A stretch of DNA of 64,000 nt, taken from positions 5,580,001-5,644,000 of the forward strand of contig NC_052168.1 of the NCBI RefSeq assembly GCF_902713615.1. The letters are read 5' to 3'. The number at the start of each line of letters is the position of its first letter. The stretch's first letter is position 1. The notes under the pieces are model-generated. The model did no database searches. It was not told the origin of the DNA and saw only the letters and a list, made by a program, of their open reading frames with translations. The translations under genes were made by a program, and so were the position numbers. Shown piece after piece: positions 36,401-48,728 of the stretch. The stretch comes from Scyliorhinus canicula. Lineage: Eukaryota.

Positions 36401-39400
36401 CCAGGTTCGATTCCCGGCTTGGGTCTCCCCGTGTCTGCGTGGGTTTCCTCCGGGTGCTCCGGTTTCCTCCCACAAGTCCCGAATGACTTGTGCTTGTTAG
36501 CGGAATTGGACATTCTGAATTCTCCCTCGGTGTACCCGAACAGGCGCCGGAACGTGATGACTAGGGGATTTTCACAGTAACTTCATTGCACTGTTAATAT
36601 TAGCCTACTTGTGACACTAATAAAGATTATTATTATTAATTGGCGTGTTCCTCTGGTTTTTCTCACCGAGGTTAGACTGAAGACTTCAGAATGCAAGATA
36701 AGTGGTATCAGTTGATAGCCGGTGACAATCTAGTCAGTACTGGGGTGTCAGCATGATTCAGCCGAAACGTTATGGGTTTTTAAGCTCCACTCAAGGACTT
36801 GCTCGAATAACAAAAATCCCAAACTGTGCCGACGTTGATAATCTGAAAGAACAGAAAATACCGGAAAGACTCAGTGAGTCAGGAACCATCCACGTTTGAG
36901 ATCGATGACCTTGGGGTTCTTATGAAAGGTTATCCACCTGAAACTTTTCCTCGCTCCTGCAAAACTCGTGCTGGATCTCCCTGGATGATCTATTTTCTTT
37001 TCAGCATTGGAGAATTGTCAGATTGAGGAATTTATTCAGAAATTTTGAATACCCAATTCATTTTTTTTTTCCCAATTAAGGGACCGATCCACCTACCCTG
37101 CACATCTTTGGGTTGTGGGGGTGAGACCCACGCAGACCCGGGGAGAATGTGCAAACTCCACACGGACAGTGACCCGGGGCCGGGATCGAACCCGGGTCCT
37201 CAGCGCTTAGGAGGCGGCAGTGCTAACCACTGTGTCATCCTCAGATTCGGGTGGAGTGCTCATCCAAGGTGTTGTCAGTATTGTGAGTATTGCTGATAGA
37301 AAAAAGGCAGGCTGGTGAAGTTTTTCATCTCGCACTCGACAGGACAGACGCGAGAATCCCAAATTTCAAAGGGAACAACAATTTATACCGCATGAGCAAA
37401 AGGATGCTGATTGGTTGGCAAGTCAACGCTGGTTGGTCAACGCATCGCCATGGAGAATGCACCAGGGGACTACTGTCCCCAACACTTTTGTTCAATTTTA
37501 AAAAGGCACAATGTCTGGACATGTTCCTTTTGCTTGCACAGGCCAGGTCCCTGCGTGTGAATATGTGTAACGTCCAGCAAGCAGACGTGAGCCACATCAC
37601 AAACCCGACTGATGAACTTAAATTGCTTATTAGCGTGAGTCTCGGCACACTCAGGATTGCTCAGCATGTGCTGTCCAATCATGAAATCACATCTAATGAT
37701 AGACATTGGCCGGTATTCATGATAGACGTTGGCCCGCGGGTTTCCTGGTGGGGTGGGGTGGCTTAAATGGGAAATCCCACGGACAGCGGCGGGAACAGAG
37801 AATCCAGCCACCAGCGTGTCGCCTCCTGCTGCCGGGAAACACGTGGCTGGGAGGACGGAGAATCCCACCCACTATGTTCTGAGGGGCTGTTTGAGTTCAG
37901 TCAATATTCTGCTTTTGTGGACAATCAGGTTCTATTCTACCAAGTGCCTATTATCCGTGAGGCCTTCATTGAGACGGGAAGGTTGGAATCACCGAAGGAT
38001 AGTTAAAAGGCATTTTCTTTAACTCAAGGAAGAAGATCCATTGATAGGACCATTATTATGTCTTGTGCGACGATAAATAGCGCCGAATCTGACCATATCT
38101 ATTCTGTACGTTCCGTTTATTGTGAGGTAAAGGAAAATGATGGGCCTCAGATCAACAACTTATTTGAAATGAGAATAAAGAAGCAGTTAATTTATTTCAG
38201 GTGATGTTGATTCGGGGATGAGCGTTGGGCTCTTCGAGTTCCCCGCTCTTTCTTTTCAGAGTGCCCTGGGGATCGTTTATTCCGTGGCCATGCAGACAGG
38301 ATTTTGGGGTTAACGGTTCGGCCAAACGACGGCGCCTCTGACACTACAGCACTCCCTCTGCACTGCACCAGAAAGGCATACTTGGATTATGTGCCCACGC
38401 CCTCGCTTAAAGCTGCAACTCATGATCTTATGACTCCCCGATAGGAATGCTGACGGTCCTTTATTTCTCAATGCTGGCTCGGCAGCTGATATCAGTCAGA
38501 TTGCACCCTGAAAATTATGGACTTAATAAAATAGGGCATATTAAGTGGCGTTATATGTGCTGGTGACCACCTGTGCGTTAAACATTTTTGCAATCACATG
38601 CAGCACACACTGTAAATATTTACGACCCATTAATCAGTTTTGTACTCTGAACATTTGTGTTTGCTGCTGACACATTCACTTGGCTCGGATATCTTTAAGG
38701 AACGAACATATCCTTCTGCCACCTCAAAGTGCTTCACTCCCACTAAATTATTTTGAAGTGCCGTCTGTTGTTTTATCGGCAAGTGCAGTAAATCAAAGCC
38801 TCCGGGGCAGCAATTTGATGAGTAACCCCATTATTAACCTGTCCCCGTGCTTGTGGGGTAAACGTTTGCCACAAATTTGGGAGATCCCCCCTCTCGTTTT
38901 TCGTTCCTGGTCTCTTTTGTGTCCCAAGTTTCAAATTGCCGGAGGATATCTTTTGCAAGAAGAAAGGTTTACCTTTAGAAAGTACCTTCCACAACCTGAG
39001 GATGGCCCAGTGGTCACTTTTGACGTGTCATTGCAGCTACAGTGTCAGAAACGTGGCAGCCAATTTGTGGCACAGCAAGCTCCCACAAACGGCAATGTGA
39101 TCATGACCTGATATCCTGGGGTTTTTTGGATTGTTCACTGAGGGATTTGGCCAGGAGCTGGGGAGCACTCCCCCGCTCTTCTTCCAAAATAGTGTCATGG
39201 GGGTTGTTTACATCCACTGAAGAAAACATCCAAGAGACAGCACCTCCAGCCCTCAATGCTGCACTGTCAGCTGACATTTCAGTGCTCAATGATGTGGGAC
39301 TTGAACTCACAACCTGTAGCTCATTGGTGAAAGAGCCGCGCACCTTTGTGACGCTGCTAACACAAATCATAGAATCATCGAGCTTACAGTGCAGGAGAAG

Positions 39401-42400
39401 GCCATTCGGCCCATCGCGTCTGCGCCGGCCCTTGGAAAGAGCACCCTATTTAAGCCCACACCGCCACCCTATCCCCGTAACCCAGTAACTCCGCCTAACC
39501 ATTATTGGACACTAAGGGCCCATCCCCCTAACCTGAACATCTTTGGACTGAGTCTTTGTTGGGATTGGTCAGTCTATAAGTGGTCAGAGCCTCATGCTTT
39601 TATGGGAACTGGATATGTTGCTACATTTATTTAACCGCAGTACGACCCAGAGGTGCAACCATTTCCCCTTTCTGCTTGCGTACGAGATATTTTTCAGTTA
39701 CGTAAAAAGAGGGAAAATTGCTTCATGCTTATTCTGACGTGGTCTGTTTCGTGTGTTAACCACCTTTTGTCCAGATTCTTCATTTTTTGAACTTGTCAGG
39801 ATGCACTTTGCTCAGATGAACTCCGAGGTTGGAAGTAGCTAATGTTTCCCCCCCCTGAATTGAAACAGCAAGTCCTGGCTCTTTTGATAAATGAAGCATT
39901 TTAACAAACCCTCTTTCTCCCAGTTTGACGCTAAAGGTCGGTCTAGATGGGGGTTGGGGGCCCAGGGGCCGCTCACGATCCATCAGGGTTCCGAGTGCGG
40001 CCCGTGGGACATTTTGTTGACAGTTGCCGACGCGCAGACTTGCAACATTCCGCTTGTTTCCATCGTGTAGCTCTTTTCCTATCGCACGTAAGGTGATACG
40101 CAAGTAAAGCAATGGGAAGTGAAGTGAGGTGCATGCTGGTTGCTCACAACATTGACTGTGAGAACCGTGCGCTCCCTCTGTGCAAAGATTTCTTTTGTTT
40201 TTACCGCTGGATGTTGATGACGGTTCCATTTTTTAAAAGAATATTTGTCTTCTCCTCCTCTTTCACATTTTCTCCCAAATTTGCACCCACCAACAATAGA
40301 CAATAAGCAGGAACGAATATAATGTCAATCCCCATATCAACAACAACCATCCCATCCTCCCAAACATTGGCCCGCATGTTAACATAAACAAATGACAAAA
40401 AGGAATCAGGAATCACCCATTGTCACCAGTAACACATACAGACCCCTCCCCCCAACCCCCCCCCTAATGTTCGGTGTTATCCAATTCTTGAAAGTGCAGA
40501 ATGAATAAGGCCCATGAATTGCAGAACCCCTCCATCCTTCCCCTCAGTTCAAACTTAACCTTCTCAAGAGTCAAGAATTCCAACAGGTTCTATTAATATA
40601 TGAATGATTAAGGGACTGGTTTAGCACACTGGGCTAAATCGCTGACTTTTAAAGCAGACCAAGGCAGGCCAGCAGCACGGTTCAATTCCCGTATCAGCCT
40701 CCCCGAACAGGCGCCGGAATGTGGCGACTACGGGCTTTTCACAGTAACTTCATTGAAGCCTACTCGTGACAATAAGCGATTTTCGTTTCATTTCCTTTAA
40801 CTTGTTCGGAAATACCCGGCGTGTATTAAATGTGTTTAATCTTATTCATAGGGTCATGGTTCGTGTACAAAGCCCCGACTTCAATCTTGCGGCCCACTGC
40901 GAGGGAGGGCTGTATGTGCAGCCTACTCACTGGCCTAGGCTGCCCATCACTGCTCTAGATTTACAGGTTGGGGTGAGGCGGAAGGGGGGCGGTATTTACA
41001 AATGACACCTGCTCTGTTTAGAAGGCAGTCAAACGTGGCAAGGACCGGATAGGTCCCCTTCGGAGGCTGAATGTGCTCCTGTAAATGGGTGGCCAGCACT
41101 TTTTCCTGCCCAAAATCAGCGCCAGGCTCCAGGCCACATATTCTCGGTCATTCTCGCCTTGATTAGTCACAGTTACTCAGATGTTTTTTTGTGAATGCAG
41201 TCTGGTGTCACTTGAGGGCATGTGCGATCCACTCTGCTGTTCTTTTACGGGTTAGCTGCCTTACCCCAACCTTCACTACTGTTCACTACTCCTTGCAAAT
41301 GACTGGTGGCAACGCACACTTTTCAAATCCATCTGGAGCTGGAGCTGTGGATAGTGATGGTAGATTATAGATTCATAGAATTTACAGTGCAGAAGGAGGC
41401 CATTTGGCCCATCGAGCCTGCACCAGCCCTAGGAAAGAGCACCCTACTTAAGTCCACACCTCTAAGGGCAGCACGGTGGCCTAGTGGTTAGCACAACCGC
41501 CTCACGGCGCTGAGGTCCCAGGTTCGATCCCGGCTCTGGGTCACTGCCTGTGTGGAGTTTGCACATTCTCCCCGTGTCTGCGTGGGTTTCGCCCCCACAA
41601 CCCAAAAATGTGCAGAGTAGGTGGATTGGCCACGCTAAATTGCCCCTTAATTGGAAAAAATAATTGGGTAATCTAAATTTATAAAAACAAAAAGCCCACA
41701 CCTCCAGCTGATCCTCATAACCCAGCAACCCCACCTAACCTTTCTGGACATTAAGGGCAATTTAGCGTGGCCAATCCACCTAACCTGCACATCTTTGGAC
41801 TGTGGGAGGAAACCGGAGCACCCGGAGGAAACCCACGCAGACACGGGGAGAACGTGCAGACTCCGCACAGACAGTGACCCAAGCCGGGAATCGAACCTGG
41901 GACCCTGGAGCTGCGAAGCAACAGTGCTAACCACTGTTCTACCCCGCCGCCCAACATTCGTTCCATCACACGGCTGACCTCTGCCATCCTTACTGTCTGC
42001 CCTTGGTGTGTGTTGGAAGGATTCTCAGGTCGATATCCCGTTTGACCGCGGTATGTACGGAACCTCCCGCAGCGATCGAGACCTGGGGTGGGACGCGAAC
42101 CCGGATCTGACTATTCCCAGGCGCTGCTGTTCCTTCGCTGTCGCTGGGTCACAATCCTGGAACTCCCCAACAGCACTGCTGGTGCCCCCACACCACAAGG
42201 ACGGCAGACGTCCAAGAAGGCAGCTCACCACCACCCACTGCGCCACGGCCACAGACAAATCCCACATTGCCTGCCATCTACAGAAGTCAAACAACAACAG
42301 AATTAAGACGTAAAATGAATGCAATATCCCGCGCGGGACCTGTGGGTGAGAATGCTTGTTTTCCCCGTGCTCCTTGTGGAAGTCGAACTCCCCCCGGCTA

Positions 42401-42493
42401 GAGGGTGGGATATCTCTATTGCCCAGTGTATATAAGGTTGGGCAGTAAATCACCGACAAGAGCAGTACCCAGCAGGGATCAACCAGGGAGCAT

Positions 42494-43040
42494 GTGATGA
42501 ACAGTCGCTGTGGATATAAGCGGGGAAACCAAACAGTGTGAAGATGCTGTGCAGTGCCTTGATCACGGAGGCCGAGGTCATATCGGGGCAGGGGACAGCA
42601 AAAGGGAAGCGGAAGAACTCATCGATAACGGTGAGGAAGTAGATGTTGCGGTTGGTGGACGGGAGGGGCCCTTTGAAGTCCACGCTTAGTCGCTCAAAGG
42701 GCCCAGAGGCCTTTATCAGGCGGGCCTTGTCTGGTCGATAGAATTGCGGTTTGCATTCCGCACAGATCTGGCATGCCTTAGTCATGGCCTTGACCTCCCC
42801 TGTGGAGTAGGGTAGGTTGCGGGACTTGATGAAGTGGGCAAGCCGGGTGACCCCCGGGTGGCAGAGGTCATCGGGGATGGATCTCAGGCGGTCCAATTGC
42901 GCATTGGCGCACATGCCGCGGGACAGGGCATCTGGGGACTCGTTGAGCTTCCCCGGGCAATATTTAATGTCATACGTATAGGTGGAGAGCTCTATTCTCC
43001 ACCTCAGAATTTTGTCATTCTTTATTTTGCCCCATCTTCT
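42494..43040 (-). mobile_element. Gypsy LTR-retrotransposon pol fragment (RNase H end, integrase zinc finger and core start)
   Basis: RWRIELSTYTYDIKYCPGKLN..DALSR, CHPG...CQIC, PFERLSVDFKGPLP, LTVIDEFFRFPFA, LFGFPAYIHSD. Confidence 0.92.
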
Positions 43041-43162
43041 AGGAGCTGCTGCCGGATGTACGAGGACATGATACCGGACACAAGGGCGTCGCGAATATGC
43101 AAGTTCCTGTGGTGTTCGGATCAACCAGGGAGCATAAATATACTGTTTGTAAATAAAACTTT

Positions 43163-43823
43163 GGGCGCGATTCTCCGCACCCCACGCCGGGTGGGAGAAT
43201 CGCGGGAGGGGCGGGCGAATCACGACACGCCGCCCTGGCGACCCCCGCGATTCTCCCACCCCCCCAAAATGGTGTGTCGCGTTTGTTGACAGGCCGCTCG
43301 GAGAATCGCCGCTTGCCGTTTCTCAAGGCCGCCGGCGATTCTCCGGCCCGGCCGAGCGGCCTGCCGAACCCGACCGGTTCACGCCTGCGCCAACCACACC
43401 TGGTCGCTGCTGGCGTGAACAGCGCGCGACAGGTGAGTGTGGAGCCTGTGGGGGGCGGAGGGAGGATCGAGCACCATGGGCGTGCTCAGGAGGGGTCTGG
43501 CCCACGATCGGTGCCCACCGAACGTCGGGCCGGCGTCTCTAAAAGACGCACTCTTTTCCCTCCGCCGCCCCGCAAGATCAATCCTCCATGTCTTGCGGGG
43601 CAGCAGAGGGGAGATGGCAACCGCGCATGCGCCGGGCTGCGCTTAGGTCACTTAGGCGCCGCCGGCCGCGTCATTCCCGGCGCCCGAGATTCACGCGCCG
43701 CCGCTCCTAGCCCCCTGGGGGGGGGGGAATAGGGGTCGAGGAGCAGCCTCCGACGCTGGAGTGAAACACTCCGGGTTTCACTCCGGCGTCGGCTGTTTGT
43801 CTCCCGATGGGAGAATTCCGCCC
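43163..43823 (+). mobile_element. GC-rich MITE, second copy of the 28153 family
   Basis: TIRs GGGCGCGATTCTCC / GGAGAATTCCGCCC, TTT flanking both sides, colinear with 28153-28820. Confidence 0.75.
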
Positions 43824-45489
43824 TTTGTTCTTACTTTCACTTGGTTTAGATTCCCGTGCCCTCATTAAAATGATGAGATTTAAGAATAGCCCAATGCCAT
43901 ATCCCCGGGATCAAATTAATCAAATCTAATGAAAGGGCAGCTCGGTGGCGCAGTGGTTACCACTGCCGCCTCATGGCGCCAGGTTCGATCCTGCCTCTGG
44001 GTCGCTGTCCGTGTGGAGTTTGCACATTCTCCCCGTGTCTGCGTGGGTTTCGCCCCCACAACCCAAAGATGTGCAGGGTAGGTGGATGGGCCCCTTAATT
44101 GGAAAAAATGAATTGGGTACTCGAAACGTATAAAAAAGATCAACTCTAATGATTTTTATACATTGAATCCTGACCTAGACGATATTTTACTCTGCTTTTT
44201 TTTTCTATCTTCTATTGTGTTTTTTTATATTTTACTTGGAAAAATGATTGATTGTAAAATTTGGTCCTCGCCCACGACGGAAGGTGATTTTTACTGAAGA
44301 GATGAATGAAACGGAAATGGGTCCTGTGTCAGGCAAAAGGGCAGCAGTTTACAAACAGAATTAGTTTGCAACTTCCAAGTACAGATGGGGGGAGGGGGGG
44401 GGGGGGGGGGGGGTTGGGGGGGGGGGAGGGGGGAGTAGACAAAACTGGTTCTTCCTGCCCCATAAATATATTGTGGATAGCCACCCACCTTTATCCCTGC
44501 CCGCAATTTAGCGTGGCCAATCCACCTACCCTGCACATCTTTGGGTTGTGTGGGTGAGACCCACGCAGACACGGGGAGAATGTGCAAACTCCACACGGAC
44601 AGTGACCCGGGACCGGGATCGAACCTGGGTCCTTGGCGCTGTGATGCAGCAGTGCTAACCACTGCGTGACCGTGCCGCACACTCATGCTCACCTTTTAAC
44701 ACATACAAACATACATACAAATTAGGAGCCAAAGTAGACCACTCGGCCCCTCAAACCTGCTCCGCCATTCAATAGGATCATGGCGTCGAGTCACTGGATA
44801 TTTAGCACCGCCTGGGTAGCTCTTACTGCCTCTCGCATTTTCTGAGCACTGGGCGGTTTGCCGACTGGATTCTGCAAATGGTTTGGGTCAGAGCAGAAGG
44901 TGCGCCAGCCATTTCAAACCCCTTTTTGGGCATAGATCTAAAATCACCGCTGTTCACTGAAATCCTTGAGTGGGTCTTGAACACCCACTCAGAGGTAAAG
45001 GTGAGACAGACCAACGCAAGTGTGCCCGCCTTGTAGTGGCAGCATCACAGCTGTGATTTTTAAAAATTCTTTCTTGGGATGGTAGAATCCCTGGCAAGGT
45101 TGGTATTTATCACCCATCCTTAGTTGCCCCTTGAGGAAGGTGGTGGTGAGCCGCCTTCTTGAACCGCTGCAGTCCGTGTGGTGTAGGTACACCCACAGTG
45201 CTGTTAGAGAGGGAGTTCCAAGATGCTGATCCCACGACGCTGTGGCAATGGCTGATGTATTTCCAAGTCAGGATGTTGGGTGGTTCAGAGGGGAACTCAT
45301 CGGTGATGATGTCCCCCATGCATCTGTTGCCCTTCTCCTTAATAATTATTAACAATAATCTTTATTATTGTCACAAGTAGGCTTACATTAACACTGCAGT
45401 GAAGTTACTGTGAAAATTCCCCAGTCGCCACACTCCGACGCCTGTTCGGGTACAGGGAGGGAGAATTCAGGATGTCCAATTCACCTAAT

Positions 45490-45955
45490 CTGGCTGCATC
45501 ACAGCCTGGTATGGCAACTGCTCGTCCCAAAACCGCAAGAAATTCAGAGAGTTGTGAACACCGCTCAGTCCATCACATGAACCTGCCTCCCATCCATTGA
45601 CTCCGTCTACACCTCCCGCTGCCTGGGGAAAGCGGGCAGCATAATCAAAGACAACTCCCACCCGGCTTACTCACTCTTCCAACTTCTTCCATCGGGCAGG
45701 GGATACAGAAGTCTGAGAACTGATTCAAAAACAGCTTCTTCTCCTCTGTTACCAGACTCCTCTTATGGACTGACCTGATTAATACTACACTCCTGTGTGC
45801 TTCACCCGATGCCGGTGTTATGTAGTTACATTGTGTACCTTGTTTGGCCTTTTATTTCCTTTCCTTTTCATGTGCTAAATCATGATCTGTTTAAACTGCT
45901 CGCAGAAAAATACTTTACACTGTACCTCGGTACACGTGACAATAAACAAATCCAT
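45490..45955 (+). mobile_element. Rex1/Babar-type LINE 3' fragment
   Basis: Translates to GCITAWYGNCSSQNRKK.QRVVNTAQSIT; tail GTACACGTGACAATAAACAAATC. Confidence 0.7.
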
Positions 45956-46358
45956 CCATCTTTCAGGACTTGTGGGAGGAAACTGGAGCACCCAGAGGAA
46001 ACCTACGCAGACATGGGGAGAACGTGCAAACTCCGCATAGACAGTGATCCCAAGCCGGGAATCGAACCTGGGACACTGGCGCTGTGAAGCAACAGTGCTA
46101 ACCATTGTGTCACAGTGCCGCCTTGTAGGTGGTCGAGACCGTAGGTTTGGAAGATGCTGTCGATGGAGGGTTTGCGCTGAGTTGCCGCAGCGCATCTGGG
46201 CGATGGTAGGCACGGCTGCCCCCCTGTGGTAGGCACGCTCTGGCCCGATGACTGCGCTGTATAAGAGGCACACATCAGAGCTGTAAATAACTGTAACCCT
46301 GTCCCCAACCCAGTGGGTTAAAGCAAGGAAGTCAGAAACCCAGCACTCGAAGAGTTAA

Positions 46359-46429
46359 CCAATTTGTGCTGAATCATCCCGGTGGGGCGGGAACAAGGTT
46401 GTAGGCGGTGACTTGCTGAACATATAAGA
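46359..46429 (+). promoter_or_regulatory. Ferritin B core promoter: CCAAT (46359), ARE/MARE-like ATGATTCAGCA (minus strand, 46367-46377), GC box (46384-46390), TATA (46423)
   Basis: Motifs in canonical order 40-110 nt upstream of the IRE. Confidence 0.7.
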
Positions 46430-46467
46430 GGTGTTGGTGGAGGAGCTGCAGCTCAGAATCCGGGTTA

Positions 46468-46499
46468 TATTCTTGCTTCAACAGTGTTTGAACGGAATA
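46468..46499 (+). promoter_or_regulatory. Iron-responsive element (IRE) in the 5' UTR of ferritin B
   Basis: TATTCT-TGC-TTCAA-CAGTGT-TTGAA-C-GGAATA: ferritin-type UGC/C bulge, 5-bp upper stem, CAGUGN loop at 46482-46487. Confidence 0.98.
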
Positions 46500-46600
46500 G
46501 AACCCAAACTTCGATACCTCGAACTCCCATTTTAGTTTGGAAAAAAACAAATTTTTTTTTTCAACACTTTGCCAACAACAACAACAACAGCAGCAACAGG

Positions 46601-48500
46601 ATGGCTTCTCAAATCCGCCAGAATTATCACCAGGAGTGCGAGGCAGCGATGAACCGCCAAATCAACATGGAGCTGTACGCTTCCTATGTCTACATCTCGA
46701 TGGTGAGGCCAGAGATATTTACTATGTGGGTGGAGGGATTCTGAATTGGGGGGGGGGGGTATTGAGCTGGCTGGGGCATTCTGTTTTTAATTGTAACCAT
46801 CGACGGGGTTGGGGGGAAAATCGGATCTTGCGGGGCAATCCTCTGGTCTAGGAGAAGGGCGTTGTTGCTTTTGTCTCCAGTACAAAGACTAGTCCCAAGG
46901 CTAGTTGGCCTCTCGCACATAATGTGCTTGTTTAAAGCTTTAAAAGTGCTCAGGTGAAAACCTTAACTGGGTGGAGAGCTGTGGCTGGCCTTGTCAATTT
47001 CCACTGGGTCAATTTCAGTAAAAACCTTACAGGGCGGAGAGCTGTTGCTGGCCTTGTCAATTTCCAGCGGATTGGAGAAATTGAACGAGTCTGGAGAAGT
47101 TTGTGTGCCTGGTTTCACGTAACACTTTTTTTTCTCTTCTCTCTTTCCCTTTGTCCCTCTCCCTCCCAGTACGCCTTCTTCGACAGGGACGATGTCGCCC
47201 TGAAGAACTTCGCCAAGTTCTTCAAAGACCAGTCCCACGAGGAAAGGGAACATGCAGAGAAGCTGATGAAATTCCAAAACCAGCGTGGGGGACGTGTTAT
47301 CCTGCAGGATGTCTCGGTTAGTACAAAAGGACTGACTTCCCACACGCCATGCCTCACTCGAGTCTCTCTCTTGTGTAGTCTAATTCTTTTTTTTTTCTTT
47401 CCCCTCCCCCTAGAAACCTGACCGCGATGAATGGAGCAATGGTCTCGAAGCCATGAAATGTGCTCTTCACTTGGAGAGAACCGTGAATCAGTCTCTCTTG
47501 GACCTCCACAAACTGGCTTCTGACAAGTTCGATGCACAAGTATGTATGGACCTCCCTCTGATTCCTTTGTTCTACCCAAGGCCAGTTTTTCTTGTTCTTT
47601 TTTAAACCCCTCCCAGGTTCAGTGTGGACTGTAGAAATGTTTTTCATCCAGCAATTGTTTTTTAAAATAATAACAGTAAACTTTTTTTTACAATCTATTT
47701 AACCTGCACATCTTTGGGTTGTGGGAGTGAAACCCACACACACACACACACACACACAGGTGCAAAGTCCACACGGACAGTGAATCGAATGTGGGTCCTC
47801 AGTGCTGTTGTTCCAGTGCTAACCACTGTCACATGCTGCTCTTTACCTAGCAAGTATTATCATTTTAAAAAAAAATTGTTTAAAAAAAAAAAATACCAAG
47901 ACAAGGGGCCAGGCTACTATCTACTTGAACCCAAGATTTTTCTTGAGGCAGATGTTTGGCTGGGGCTGGTTTAGCTCACTCGGCTAAATCGCTGGCTTTT
48001 AAAGCAGGCCAGCAGCACGGTTCGATTCCCGTACCAGCCTCCCCGGACAGGCGCCGGAATGTGGTGACTAGGGGCTTTTCACAGTAACTTCATTGAAGCC
48101 TACTCGTGACAATAAGCGATTTTCATTTTTTCATTGGGATAATGCTGAAATTGTTTAAAATCTCCAATCATTTTATGCTGACAAATATAAATTGTCCTCC
48201 CAGGACATCAACAACTAACTGGTTATGTGTTGTCCAGCATTTAATCGAAGACTTGATTAAGTACTGCACTAGCTGAACAATAAGTGTCTGAGGTTCATTA
48301 AAGCCATGCATATTAACAACACTGTCTTTTTAAATTTCTTCCAGATGTGTGATTTTCTGGAGACTCACTACTTGGATGAGCAGGTCCAGTCTATTAAGAA
48401 GCTTGGCGATTTCGTCACCAACCTGGTTCGTCTGGGGGCTCCCCAGAATGGTATGGCCGAGTATCTGTTTGACAAGCACAGTCTGGAAGAGAGCAGTTAA
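46601..48500 (+). CDS. Ferritin B, heavy/middle-type subunit, 176 aa; join(46601..46702,47170..47316,47414..47539,48345..48500)
   Basis: Four GT-AG exons of 102/147/126/156 nt; MASQIRQNY...[10 protein letters not shown]...[12 protein letters not shown]; ferroxidase residues E27, Y34, E61, E62, H65, E107, Q141 (human H numbering) intact. Confidence 0.97.
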
Positions 48501-48717
48501 TGCCTGGAGATCAACAGTGTGCCTACATTAAAACCATTTTTCTCTACTATTGATGCTTTTTCACTTGGATGACTATATTTGTCTATCTTTTTGATTTGAG
48601 TCTATCTTTGATGGGGTATTAACTAGGTTGTGAATTAAGCTTGTAAAGGTTAAAATCGTGTCTTGAAGTGTGAACGTTTCTATCAAACTGTAAAACTGTG
48701 GCACAACTGGATAAGAA

Positions 48718-48728
48718 AATAAAATAAA
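48718..48728 (+). terminator. Overlapping AATAAA polyadenylation signals of ferritin B
   Basis: AATAAAATAAA ~220 nt after the stop, followed by a GT/T-rich tract. Confidence 0.75.

Noticed and set aside
46484-46600. In-frame N-terminal extension of ferritin B
   Set aside because: Starts at a GTG inside the IRE loop; this is 5' UTR and the ATG at 46601 fits the family
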